Assembly: GCA_964603985.1 (NCBI GenBank)
Contig: CAZRXG010000015.1
Coordinates: 11,957-75,956, forward strand
DNA length: 64,000 nucleotides
Source: an uncultured Anaerolineae bacterium
GTDB lineage: Bacteria > Chloroflexota > Anaerolineae > Aggregatilineales > UBA3940
Direction of reading: 5' to 3'
A program made the position numbers and the translations under genes. The notes beneath the pieces are model-generated. The model did not search any database, was not told the DNA's origin, and saw nothing but the letters and a program-made list of their open reading frames with translations. Of the stretch, positions 36,613-46,217 are shown piece by piece. Numbering within the stretch: position 1 is the first letter of the stretch; each line of letters begins with the position of its first letter.

Positions 36613-37296
36613 ATGACCCCATTTATCGACCTCAGTCACGTCTTTGAAGACAACATGCCCGGCTTCAAGCTGAAGAACGAGGACGGGACGGTCACACAGT
36701 ACACGGCCCGCATCCGGCCCTTCATGACGCACGCCGAATCGGCCCCCAAGTACGAGGGCCGGTGCTCATTTGAGGTGACGGAGATCACGTTCCAGACTTC
36801 GGTGGGCACCTACCTCGACTCGCCTTACCACCGCTACCCGGATGGGCGTGACATTGGACAGATCCGGCTGGAGGAGGTGATCCTGCCGGGTGTGGTCGTC
36901 GATGCGCGGGGGCGGGGGCCGTTCGAGGCGTTGAGCGGGGAGGCCCTGCCCGCCGACGCCGACCTGGAAGGCCGGGCGGTGCTGTTCAACTTTGGGTGGG
37001 ACAGGCATTGGGGGAGGGAGCAGTACCACGCCTACCCGTTCGTCTCACAGGCGGTCATCGAGCGGCTGATCGCGGCGCGGGTGAAGCTGGTCGGCGTCGA
37101 TACGGTGAACGTTGATGACTCGCGTGACCTGACCCGCCCGGCCCACACGTTGTTTCTGCGGGACGAGATCCTGATCGTCGAGAACCTGGCCCACCTCGAC
37201 CGGCTGCACGGCCAGCGCTTCCGGTTCTTCGCCGTGCCGATCAAGGGACGGGGCGTCGCGGCGATGCCGGTGCGGGCGTTTGCGGAAGTGCTGTGA
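36613..37296 (+). CDS. cyclase family protein (arylformamidase / kynurenine formamidase-like)
   Basis: MTPFIDLSH.F...MP.... and ...GTYLDSPYH...VGVDT.NVD.. motifs. Confidence 0.75.
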   Translation: MTPFIDLSHVFEDNMPGFKLKNEDGTVTQYTARIRPFMTHAESAPKYEGRCSFEVTEITFQTSVGTYLDSPYHRYPDGRDIGQIRLEEVILPGVVVDARGRGPFEALSGEALPADADLEGRAVLFNFGWDRHWGREQYHAYPFVSQAVIERLIAARVKLVGVDTVNVDDSRDLTRPAHTLFLRDEILIVENLAHLDRLHGQRFRFFAVPIKGRGVAAMPVRAFAEVL

Positions 37297-37368
37297 GCGG
37301 TTGGAACCCTGGCGGGCATTTGCACGTTATGATCACGGACACTCGATCACATGACAGCAGAGGAACAC

Positions 37369-38961
37369 ATGGCACAAGCAGCACAACAACCCGCTCCTGA
37401 AAGAGGACGCGCGCGCCGCCGGGCGAAAAGGCGGCGTTCTCGCCGCTGGCCCTTCAACCGGTACACGCCGCGCGCGGTACTGATCGGGGTGGGCTTGGGG
37501 TTGGTGACCTTCGTCCTGCTGGGCGTTATGATGGTCGTCGGGGCCTACGGGTACTTCCAGGTGTTCGGGCTGATCGTGCCGGGCGTGCACGTCGGGGGCG
37601 TGAAGCTGGGCGGGATGTCGGTCGAGGAGGCGTCGCTGGCGCTGGATGAGGCGTGGAACGTCGAGCAGGGGGGGATCATCCTGACCGACGGCCAGCGCTC
37701 GTGGTACGCGCCGCCCTCGGACTTCGGGCTGGCGCTCGATCCGGTGGCGACGGCGCGGCGTGCCTCCGACGTGGGGCACGGTGGAAGCGTGATCGGCGAG
37801 ATGGTGATGATGATCGACAGCACGCTGAACGGGACGCCGGTCGAGCCGGTGGTGCAGGTGGATGCCGAGGCAGCCAGAGCGGGGTTAGAAGATTGGGCGG
37901 AGAAGATTGACCTGCTGCCGCAGGATGCCTCGATCCGCATCGAGGGCGGTGAGGTGGTCGCGGTGCCGGGTGTGCCGGGTTACACGCTGGACGTGGAGGG
38001 CACGCTGGCGGCGCTGGTCGCCGCCCCCGGCCTGGCGCTGATAGACGGTTACCTGCCGCTGGTGCTGGTGCCGGTCGCGCCGCGCGTCGCCGATGCGGGG
38101 GATGCCGCCGCCGATGCCGAGCGGCTGCTGGCCTCTGACTTGAGCGTTGAGGGCTATGACCCGATCACGGACGAGCACTTACAGTGGACGGCCTCGCGGG
38201 AGGAGATCGCGTCGTGGTTGGCGGTCGTGGAGGGCGAGGATGGGCCGGAGGTGGTCGTGGGCGAGGAGCGGTTGGCGGCCTACCTGGATGAGTTGAGCGC
38301 CTCGTTGGGGGAGGGGCGGTACTTCGATGCGCAGGAGAGTGCGGGGTTGCTTGAGGCGGCGCTGCGCGAGGAGTCGGCGGCGGCGCTGATCGTCCGCCAC
38401 ACGCCGACGACGTACACCGTTGGGGCGGGTGATACGCTGACCAGCATCTCGTGGGACGTTGGCATGCCTTACTGGCGCATCCTGGACGCCAACCCTGGCC
38501 TCGACTCCGAAACGCTCACGGTGGGGCAGGTGCTGACCATTCCCTCGAAGGACGACCTGCTGCCGCTGCCGGTGGTGATCAACAAGCGGATGGTGGTCAG
38601 CATCAACCGGCAGCGGTTGTGGACTTACCAGGATGGCGAGCTGCTGCATGAGTACGTGATCAGCACGGGCATCGACCGCTCGCCGACCCAGCCGGGGATT
38701 TTCCAGGTGCAGACGCACGAGCCGCTGGCTTACGCCTCGGTGTGGGACCTGACGATGCCGCACTTTTTGGGGATTTACGAGTCGTGGCCGGGCTTCATGA
38801 ATGGCTTTCACGGGCTGCCGTCGCGGGGCGGCGGGCAGGTGCTGTGGGCCGCCTCGCTGGGGCGCAAAACGTCGTTCGGGTGCATCATCCTTGACCTGGA
38901 CGATGCTGAGGCGCTTTACAATTGGGCTGACGAGGGCGTGGTGGTGGAGATCGCGGAGTAA
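37369..38961 (+). CDS. L,D-transpeptidase (YkuD domain) with LysM domain, membrane-anchored
   Basis: LysM: YTVGAGDTLTSISWDVGMPYWRILDANP...VGQVLTIP. YkuD: ...GFHGLPS...SFGCIIL. One N-terminal TM helix. Start at ATG 37369 after GAGGAA. Confidence 0.85.
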   Translation: MAQAAQQPAPERGRARRRAKRRRSRRWPFNRYTPRAVLIGVGLGLVTFVLLGVMMVVGAYGYFQVFGLIVPGVHVGGVKLGGMSVEEASLALDEAWNVEQGGIILTDGQRSWYAPPSDFGLALDPVATARRASDVGHGGSVIGEMVMMIDSTLNGTPVEPVVQVDAEAARAGLEDWAEKIDLLPQDASIRIEGGEVVAVPGVPGYTLDVEGTLAALVAAPGLALIDGYLPLVLVPVAPRVADAGDAAADAERLLASDLSVEGYDPITDEHLQWTASREEIASWLAVVEGEDGPEVVVGEERLAAYLDELSASLGEGRYFDAQESAGLLEAALREESAAALIVRHTPTTYTVGAGDTLTSISWDVGMPYWRILDANPGLDSETLTVGQVLTIPSKDDLLPLPVVINKRMVVSINRQRLWTYQDGELLHEYVISTGIDRSPTQPGIFQVQTHEPLAYASVWDLTMPHFLGIYESWPGFMNGFHGLPSRGGGQVLWAASLGRKTSFGCIILDLDDAEALYNWADEGVVVEIAE

Positions 38962-39106
38962 GGCGCCCGGCGCTTCGCCGCGAGCCGGTGGAGGCGGGGA
39001 GATTCAATCCGCAGATGGCGCAGATGGCGCGGACATATAGCTACTAGCGGTGGGGCCTGCGAGATTCGCAGGCTCTCGGTTTGAGATATGCCGCCAGAGG
39101 CCCGGT

Positions 39107-39135
39107 TTGACTCTCGCCCGTGCCTTACATAAGAT
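39107..39135 (+). promoter_or_regulatory. candidate promoter TTGACT-17 nt-TAAGAT
   Basis: TTGACTctcgcccgtgccttacaTAAGAT, 39 nt upstream of ATG 39174. Confidence 0.45.
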
Positions 39136-39173
39136 AGGGCCGCGTACCGCGCGATCAACCGGAGGGGGACACA

Positions 39174-41357
39174 ATGGCCCGGCAATCCTATACGCCCGAA
39201 TACCAACACTCCTGGGCGCTCGTGATCGGCATCGACAGCTACCAGGACACCAGCCTCCCGCCACTGGAAACGGCGGTCAAGGGCGCGCGGGAGGTGGCCC
39301 AACTGCTGCAAGATGACCTGGGCTTCGACGCCGGGCGCATCATCCGGCTGGAGAATGAGCAGGCCACCCAGCGCGCCATCCGCCGGGCGTTCGCCGATCC
39401 GCTGGGGCGGGCCGACCGGGTTGGCCGCGATGACCGGGTGCTGATCTACTTCGCCGGGCACGGCTTGACCTACGACACCGCAGAGGGCCTGATCGGCTGC
39501 GTCGCGCCCTACGACATCGAGACGGCCTATTGGGACACTGCCATCCCGATGGATGAGCTGACGCGGCTGGCGAACCGCAGCCATGCCAAGCATGTGCTGT
39601 TCCTGCTGGATGCGTGCTTCTCAGGCTTCGCGACGGTGCGCGAGGTCGACAGCGGGGCACAGCGCCAGGTGGCCGACTACCTGACCCGGCCCGTGCGGCA
39701 GGTGATCGCCGCCGGGACGCGTGAACAGGCGGTCAGCGACCTGTGGGGGCCGGGGCGGCACTCGCTGTTCACGGGGTTCCTGCTGGAAGGGCTGAGCGGA
39801 GCCGCGCCCGCGCCGGGGGGCATCCTGCGGGCGTTCCACCTGGCGGGGTATTTGCAGGACGTGGTGGCACAGCACTCGCGCTCGCGGCAAACGCCGCAGT
39901 ACGCGGCGCTGATGGGCAGCAGCGGCGGCGACTTTGTATTTGGCGTGCGTGACGTGGTGCAGCTTCCCCAGTGGCTGACGGCCTTCGCCGAGAGCGCCGA
40001 CCCCAGCCAGCGCGTGATGGCCGTCCGTGAGCTTTTGAAGACGGCCCAGGGCGACGATCCGTGCCTCGCCGATGTGGCACTGGATCACCTGGAGCGGTTG
40101 TGTGGCGACGAGGACGCCATTGTCCGCTCGTCTGCGGCGGCGGCGCTGGGGCAGGTCGCGCCCGCGCCTGAGCCGCCCGCCCCGGAGGACGTGCGCGATG
40201 AGCCGGTGCAGGTCGCGCCCGCGCCTGAGCCGTCCACCCCAACACGCCCGGTGCCGGGTGCGAAACGCGCACGTCAGGGCTTAAAGCCGCTGTGGATCGT
40301 CGGCGGGCTGGCAGGCGCGGCGGTGCTGGTGGTTGTGCTGCTGGCGCTGTCGGGGGTGATCGGGAAACCGGCAGCCGAGGAGGAGCCGGTAGAGGAAGAG
40401 GAACCGGCGGTTGTGGAGAGTATCCCGGTTCCCGACGTGGTGGGCATGGACATCGCTTCTGCCAGAGCGGCCCTGGAAGACGCCCGGTTTGTGGTTGAGG
40501 TGCTCGAAGAGGAAGGTGAGTTGATCATCGGCCAGGCGCCCGCCGTCGAAGAGCAGGCCGACATCGTCGACGATCAGGACCCTGACGCCGGTACGCTTCT
40601 GGGTACAGGAGAACGGGTGATTATCGTGCTGAAGATGCCCCCAACTTATGTCACACCCACTCCCTCATACGAGAAGCCCCCCCTCACGGTGGGAGATTAT
40701 TTTGTCTACAGAATGAGCTGGGACGAATCGGAGAAGACCTACAGCGTCGTGGGCGGGGACCAGGTAAACGGGCGTCCTGTCTGGGTTGTGGAGGCCACCT
40801 GGGATACGGACGGCTACCAGTCGTACCTGGAGACGGTCTGGGTAGATCAGGAAACAGGCGTGCACCTCCAGCTCGAGTTGAACGAGGTTTACGCCTCTCC
40901 TAAAACCTGGCTCATCGACGAGGAACAGGTTCAGGTTACGGAGAGAAGATACAGCTCCAGCTATGAGCTTGAGGAGGGCATCCAGGAAAAGGTATCGATT
41001 GTAATTGACACCTCGAATGAGGAACACGAATCATTCGGTCAGATCGTAGGAGGCCCCAGCATCTTCAAAATCACCCGCGATCTGAAAATAGACGAATGGT
41101 ACCCCTGGAAATTTGAGGGTCAATGGCCCTCGCAGGTGGTCGGGGAGGACGTTATCGCCGTACCGGCGGGCACCTTCGACTGCTGGGCTGTCAAGACCGT
41201 TCAATCGGAGGACGGGCAGCACTACATTCGCTACTTCGATAAAGAGACGGGCATGCTGGTCAGGTACGAAAACTGGGTCAAGCGTGACGACGAGTGGGAG
41301 ATCGTCGAGGGGGAAGTGCTGATCTCGTTCCTGTACAGCGCAGCCGGGAACAGGTGA
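39174..41357 (+). CDS. caspase-like (peptidase C14) protein with HEAT-like repeats, TM helix, PASTA-like segment and an unknown C-terminal domain
   Basis: WALVIGIDSY..., catalytic His in VLIYFAGHG, catalytic Cys in VLFLLDACFSG. HEAT-like VRELL...DEDAIVRSSAAAALGQ. TM LWIVGGLAGAAVLVVVLLAL. PASTA-like VPDVVGMDIASARAALEDARFVV. Confidence 0.85.
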   Translation: MARQSYTPEYQHSWALVIGIDSYQDTSLPPLETAVKGAREVAQLLQDDLGFDAGRIIRLENEQATQRAIRRAFADPLGRADRVGRDDRVLIYFAGHGLTYDTAEGLIGCVAPYDIETAYWDTAIPMDELTRLANRSHAKHVLFLLDACFSGFATVREVDSGAQRQVADYLTRPVRQVIAAGTREQAVSDLWGPGRHSLFTGFLLEGLSGAAPAPGGILRAFHLAGYLQDVVAQHSRSRQTPQYAALMGSSGGDFVFGVRDVVQLPQWLTAFAESADPSQRVMAVRELLKTAQGDDPCLADVALDHLERLCGDEDAIVRSSAAAALGQVAPAPEPPAPEDVRDEPVQVAPAPEPSTPTRPVPGAKRARQGLKPLWIVGGLAGAAVLVVVLLALSGVIGKPAAEEEPVEEEEPAVVESIPVPDVVGMDIASARAALEDARFVVEVLEEEGELIIGQAPAVEEQADIVDDQDPDAGTLLGTGERVIIVLKMPPTYVTPTPSYEKPPLTVGDYFVYRMSWDESEKTYSVVGGDQVNGRPVWVVEATWDTDGYQSYLETVWVDQETGVHLQLELNEVYASPKTWLIDEEQVQVTERRYSSSYELEEGIQEKVSIVIDTSNEEHESFGQIVGGPSIFKITRDLKIDEWYPWKFEGQWPSQVVGEDVIAVPAGTFDCWAVKTVQSEDGQHYIRYFDKETGMLVRYENWVKRDDEWEIVEGEVLISFLYSAAGNR

Positions 41358-41411
41358 CGGTCGAGTCGGACGCCCTGCTGCCCGGCGATAAGCCCCCGTT
41401 ATCCAATCCCG

Positions 41412-41437
41412 ACTCTCTCCGGATGCCCGGAGAGAGT
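41412..41437 (+). terminator. strong hairpin between the caspase gene and chrA (possible terminator/attenuator)
   Basis: ACTCTCTCCGG-atgc-CCGGAGAGAGT, an 11-bp stem followed by TCGTCTTG (weak U-tract). Confidence 0.4.
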
Positions 41438-41460
41438 TCGTCTTGATGGGAGAAAGCGCC

Positions 41461-42657
41461 ATGACCGGACATCCTACCTCCCAACCCGGCCCCCCGCTCG
41501 CCCGGCGGCTGGTCGCGATTGCGGCATTGTTCCTCAAGCTGGGCTTCACTGCCTTCGGTGGCCCGGCGGCGCACGTCGCCATGATGCGCGACGAGGTCGT
41601 CACGCGGCGGGGGTGGCTCGACGACCAGCACTTCCTCGACATGCTGGGCGCGACCAACCTGATCCCCGGCCCCAACTCCAGCGAGATGGCGATCCACATC
41701 GGCTACACGGTGGCCGGGCTGCCGGGCATGATCGTCGCCGGGCTGTGCTGGATGCTGCCCGCCTTTGGCATGGTGCTGGTGCTCTCGTGGGTGTACGTGC
41801 GCTTCGGGGCGACGCCGACGGCGGACGCGCTGATGTACGGCATCAAGCCGGTCATCATCCCCATCATCGTGCTGGCGCTGTGGAGCCTGGGCAGGCGGGC
41901 GGTCAAGGGCTGGTTGACCGGGATCGTGGGGGCGGTGGTGCTGGCGTTATACCTGCTGTGGGGCAATGTGCTGGCGCTGCTGGTGGCGGGTGGCCTGGTC
42001 GTGATGGTGGTTGAGAACGCACGGCGGCTGGTCGGGGATAAAAGGGGAGTCAGGCTGCTGCTGCCGGGCGTGGGTGCGCACCTCGTGCCCCTGCTGGCCG
42101 GTGCCGCTGCGCCGTTCAGCCTGGGGGTGATGTTCCTGACTTTCCTCAAGGTGGGCGCGGTGTTGTACGGTGGTGGTTACACGTTGTTCGCGTTCCTGGA
42201 AGCTGACTTCGTGCGGCGGCTGGGTTGGCTGACCGGGCCGCAGTTGATCGACGCCATCGCGGTGGGGCAGATGACGCCCGGCCCGCTGTTCACGACGACG
42301 ACCTTCATCGGCTACGTGCTGGGCACGCAGTTCGGCCTGCCGCCCGTGCCCACCGCCGCGCTGGCGACGCTGGGCTTTTACATCCCGTCGTTCGTTTTCG
42401 TCGCGATCAGCAACCCGATCATCCCCCACGTGCGCGAGTCGGCCTGGGCGAGCGGCTTCCTGGATGGGGTGAACGTGGCCGCGCTGGGCGCGATGGCCGG
42501 GGTGACGCTGCACCTGGGGCAGGCGGCCTTCGCCGACCCGGTGGCGGTGGTGATCGGCCTGCTCGCGGCGGCGGCGCTTTTCCGCTTCCGGGTGAATTCG
42601 GTCTGGTTGGTGATCGGCGGGGCGGCGGCGGGACTGCTGGTCTCGCTGGTGCGTTAG
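41461..42657 (+). CDS. chrA: chromate transporter ChrA
   Basis: FLKLGFTAFGGPAAHVAMMRDEVV..RGWL and a second repeat FLKVGAVLYGGGYTLFAFL. Duplicated CHR domain architecture. Confidence 0.85.
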   Translation: MTGHPTSQPGPPLARRLVAIAALFLKLGFTAFGGPAAHVAMMRDEVVTRRGWLDDQHFLDMLGATNLIPGPNSSEMAIHIGYTVAGLPGMIVAGLCWMLPAFGMVLVLSWVYVRFGATPTADALMYGIKPVIIPIIVLALWSLGRRAVKGWLTGIVGAVVLALYLLWGNVLALLVAGGLVVMVVENARRLVGDKRGVRLLLPGVGAHLVPLLAGAAAPFSLGVMFLTFLKVGAVLYGGGYTLFAFLEADFVRRLGWLTGPQLIDAIAVGQMTPGPLFTTTTFIGYVLGTQFGLPPVPTAALATLGFYIPSFVFVAISNPIIPHVRESAWASGFLDGVNVAALGAMAGVTLHLGQAAFADPVAVVIGLLAAAALFRFRVNSVWLVIGGAAAGLLVSLVR

Positions 42658-42747
42658 GGCACTCTCGCCGGATTGCGCTACAATACCAACCCTGCGGGAC
42701 CGCAGAGTCGGCCCCTTCTGTGACTACACCTGGAGGAGAGAGACACC

Positions 42748-44184
42748 ATGTCAGCCCCGGCACTCCAGCTTGACGAAGAAACACGTCAGGCCCTTTGGCG
42801 CTACGTCGTCGATGCGGTCGAGGATTATATGCAGCGCGTTGGCTCGACGCGCGTTGCCCCGGAGCTGGACCCGGACGTGGTACGGGCAATGCTCGGCCCG
42901 CTCGACTTTGACGACCCCCTCGACCCGCTGGAGGCTGCCGAGTTCGTGGTACAGGGGTTGTGGGGCCATCAGGTGCACACGCCGCACCCGCGTTACTTCG
43001 GCCTGTTCAACCCGGCCCCCACCGCGATGGGCGTCGCGGCGGATACCCTCGTGGCGGCGTTTAACCCCCAGTTGGCGGCCTGGAGTCACAATCCGCTCGC
43101 CAACGAAATCGAGCAGCACACGATACGCGCTATCGGCGCGCGCTTCGGCTACGATCCCGCTCTGGTGAACGGTGCCTTCACTTCCGGCGGTGCGGAGGCC
43201 AATCACACCGCGCTGCTGACGGCGCTGGTCGACAGGTTCCCGCAGTTCGCAGTTGAAGGTCTGCGTGCCCTGGATGCGCAGCCGGTGTTTTACGTCTCCG
43301 CGCAAAGCCATCACTCCTTTGTGAAGGCGGCCAGATTCTGCGGGTTGGGCACGAACGCGGTGCGGTCTGTCCGCGTAAATGACCAGTTCCAGATGGATAC
43401 CGACCGGCTTGCCGAGCAGATCGCAGCCGACCGGGCGGCGGGGCTTGCGCCGTTCATGGTCGCGGCGACGGCGGGCACCACCAACGCCGGTGTGATCGAC
43501 CCCCTCCCCGCGTCAGGCCAGATCGCCGCTCAGGAGCGGTTGTGGTTCCACGTGGACGCAGCCTGGGGGGGAGCAGCCGTGTTTGTGCCGGAGCTTCGTC
43601 CCCTGCTTGCGGGTATCGAGCGGGCCGACTCGATCACGTTTGATGCCCATAAGTGGCTCTCCGTCCCGATGGCAGCCGGGATCTACCTCACCCGGCACCC
43701 TGAGATCCTGCACCGGACGTGCCGCATCACGACCGAGTACATGCCCCGCGAGGGGTCCGATCTCCCGACCACGGACCCGTACACGCACTCGATGCAGTGG
43801 TCGCGCCGGTTTATCGGGCTGAAGGTCTTTCTATCGCTGGTGGTGGCCGGTTGGGATGGGTACGCGGACGCCATCCGCCACCAGGTGGCAATGGGGCAAC
43901 TGCTGCGCCGGGAGCTGGAGGCGGCGGGCTGGCGGATCGTTAACCAGACCGACCTGGCGGTCATTTGCTTTGTGGACGGCGACGATGTTCTGGGGCACAG
44001 TGCCCCGTACCTGGAGGCGATCGCCCACGACGTGGTCTCGTCTGGCCGCGCGTGGCTGTCGACCACCCGCCTCGACGAAGCGACGGACGTGCTGCGGGCG
44101 TGCGTTACCAATTACCGCACCGGCCCGGAAGACGTGAATGCGCTGGTTGAGGCCCTGAACAGCGCCCGGCAGAAACATAGATAA
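42748..44184 (+). CDS. pyridoxal phosphate-dependent decarboxylase (group II)
   Basis: ...TSGGAEANHTAL..., HVDAAWGGA..., SITFDAHKWLSVP (PLP lysine). Confidence 0.85.
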   Translation: MSAPALQLDEETRQALWRYVVDAVEDYMQRVGSTRVAPELDPDVVRAMLGPLDFDDPLDPLEAAEFVVQGLWGHQVHTPHPRYFGLFNPAPTAMGVAADTLVAAFNPQLAAWSHNPLANEIEQHTIRAIGARFGYDPALVNGAFTSGGAEANHTALLTALVDRFPQFAVEGLRALDAQPVFYVSAQSHHSFVKAARFCGLGTNAVRSVRVNDQFQMDTDRLAEQIAADRAAGLAPFMVAATAGTTNAGVIDPLPASGQIAAQERLWFHVDAAWGGAAVFVPELRPLLAGIERADSITFDAHKWLSVPMAAGIYLTRHPEILHRTCRITTEYMPREGSDLPTTDPYTHSMQWSRRFIGLKVFLSLVVAGWDGYADAIRHQVAMGQLLRRELEAAGWRIVNQTDLAVICFVDGDDVLGHSAPYLEAIAHDVVSSGRAWLSTTRLDEATDVLRACVTNYRTGPEDVNALVEALNSARQKHR

Positions 44185-44207
44185 GGGATTACTGGCGAGG
44201 TTATGTC

Positions 44208-44654
44208 ATGTTTCCTGGAGAAGTGAAGCTTCCAACGTGGGTCCTGCTGGTCATTCTGGGGATCATCATCCTGATCGCCGTCCTGACGCTGCTCGGCCCC
44301 GTGATCGGCCCCATTGATTGTACGCCGGTCGCGTGCCTGGACGGGGTGACGATCTACTTCGAGGGGCCGTTGCCGCCCGACCACACCTTTGAGGCGGTCA
44401 CGGACGCGGGACGGTTCGCATACGTGTGCCGGGACGGCCAGCGGGTGGAGGGCACCGTCGAGGGGGTGAATCTGGGGCAGTGCACGACCTGGCTGGAGAT
44501 TCACGGGCTTACGCCCAAGAAGATGACCATCACCGTCACCTGGGAAGGTGGGGGCAAGACCGAGACCTTTTACCCGGTTTACGAGGCCGTCGAGCCGGAA
44601 CGATGCATGGACTGCCGCCGCGCCAGGGTGGTCGTGAAACTGCCCGGAGGCTGA
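44208..44654 (+). CDS. hypothetical signal-anchored Cys-rich protein (148 aa)
   Basis: N-terminal TM helix (WVLLVILGIIILIAVLTLL). 7 Cys in the soluble part. Confidence 0.55.
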   Translation: MFPGEVKLPTWVLLVILGIIILIAVLTLLGPVIGPIDCTPVACLDGVTIYFEGPLPPDHTFEAVTDAGRFAYVCRDGQRVEGTVEGVNLGQCTTWLEIHGLTPKKMTITVTWEGGGKTETFYPVYEAVEPERCMDCRRARVVVKLPGG

Positions 44655-44762
44655 GGCCCCGGCGGCCCGGCTCACGCCAACGAGCGACGGGAATACGCTT
44701 CCCTCCGCGTGGGCAGGGAGTATAATCGGTGAACAGCGTCGCTCGTGATGAGGGAGATCGAC

Positions 44763-46193
44763 ATGCTTGAGTACCAGCCGTTCTACGCCAATTCATACGC
44801 CCTGGTGATGGGCATTAACGCCTATAAGCACCTGGCTCCGCTCTCGGCGGCGGTGGGTGGTGCGGAGCGCCTGGCGGGCGTCCTGGAGGAGCACTATGAC
44901 TTCGAGGTGACGCTGCTGGCGGATCGGCGCGTGACGCGTGATGCGGTCTTCGAGTGGTTGGGCGCGATGGCCCACGACGCCGGGCCGGACGACCGGGTGC
45001 TGATCTACTTCGCCGGGCACGGGATGACGCGTGGATCGGGCGTCTATGAGCGGGGTTACCTGGGCCTGGCGCACTCCGAGCCGGGCCGCTGGCACACCAC
45101 GCTGGCGATGGACGACATCATCGAGGAGGCGCGCTTCCTCAAGGCCAAGCACCTGCTTTACCTGCTCGACTGCTGCTTCGGCGGGATGGCGCTTGAGACG
45201 CGGGCGGCGGTCGACGTGCCGCGCGAGCTTGATTACTACCTGACACGCCCGGTGCGCTACGTGATCACGGCGGGCGGCAAAGAGGTGGTCGATGATGCGC
45301 TGGCCCCCGGCATGGAGCAGAGCCTGTTCACCCACCACCTGCTGGAGTGGCTGGTTAGCGAGCACGTCAGGCCGCCGGGGGGCATCTGGCGGGCGCGCGA
45401 ATTGGGCAATTACCTTGAGCGCACGGTGGCGCGCAACCGGCGCAGCGGTCACAAGCCGAATCACAATTACCTGCCGGGCAGCGGTGATGGCGATTTCCTG
45501 TTCCGGTGGGAGAGCGACCCGCGCCTGATCACCGAGGGCGTGAGTGGCGCGCTGCGCTCGACGAGCTGGCACGTGCGGCAGGGCGCGGTGGCGGCGCTGA
45601 TCGACATGGCGCGCGGTGACGATGCCGAGCGGGTGGCCTACGCCCGTGACCGGCTGGCGCGCATCGCGGGGGAGGACGCGGACGAGCGCGTGCGGCAGAC
45701 GGCGCAGGTCTTCCTCGATGAAGAGCCGCCCCCGCCTCCACCCGTGACCGAAGCCCCGCCGCCTGTGCCGGTCGCCGCGCCGCCGGAGGTGCGGCCCCGG
45801 CCCGCCGGGGTGATGCCCGTCCTCAGGCGGTGGTGGGGCGTGATCCTCTGTGGGCTGGCCGCCGTGCTGGTGGCGATCCGCTTTGCGGTGGATGTACTCG
45901 AACTTTTCTGGAGTGACTTCGTTTACGGCTCCAGGCAGGAGATCGTGGTCGCAGCCGGGCTGCTCATCGGCGTGGTCGGCGTGGGGCACCTCACCAGACG
46001 GCGCTGGCTGCGCGGCGCGCTCTTCCTGCTGGCCGCGCCGGGCTGGCTGTTGTTCGTGCTGTACGAAACCTTCGAGTGGTACAACACCTGGCTGCACTGG
46101 TTGGACTACCTGGTGTGGCTGCCCTTTGTCCTGACCGTCGGAGCGCTGGTCTGGTCGGTGGTGGACGCCGTCCGGGGCGGGGAAGAGAGCTAG
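44763..46193 (+). CDS. caspase-like (peptidase C14) protein with HEAT-like repeat and C-terminal TM helices
   Basis: YALVMGINAY..., VLIYFAGHGMT, LLYLLDCCFGG. HEAT-like HVRQGAVAAL...DADERVRQTA. 3-4 C-terminal TM helices. Start at MLEYQ after GAGGGAG. Confidence 0.85.
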   Translation: MLEYQPFYANSYALVMGINAYKHLAPLSAAVGGAERLAGVLEEHYDFEVTLLADRRVTRDAVFEWLGAMAHDAGPDDRVLIYFAGHGMTRGSGVYERGYLGLAHSEPGRWHTTLAMDDIIEEARFLKAKHLLYLLDCCFGGMALETRAAVDVPRELDYYLTRPVRYVITAGGKEVVDDALAPGMEQSLFTHHLLEWLVSEHVRPPGGIWRARELGNYLERTVARNRRSGHKPNHNYLPGSGDGDFLFRWESDPRLITEGVSGALRSTSWHVRQGAVAALIDMARGDDAERVAYARDRLARIAGEDADERVRQTAQVFLDEEPPPPPPVTEAPPPVPVAAPPEVRPRPAGVMPVLRRWWGVILCGLAAVLVAIRFAVDVLELFWSDFVYGSRQEIVVAAGLLIGVVGVGHLTRRRWLRGALFLLAAPGWLLFVLYETFEWYNTWLHWLDYLVWLPFVLTVGALVWSVVDAVRGGEES

Positions 46194-46217
46194 GCCCTGC
46201 TCTCCAGGGGTGATAAG

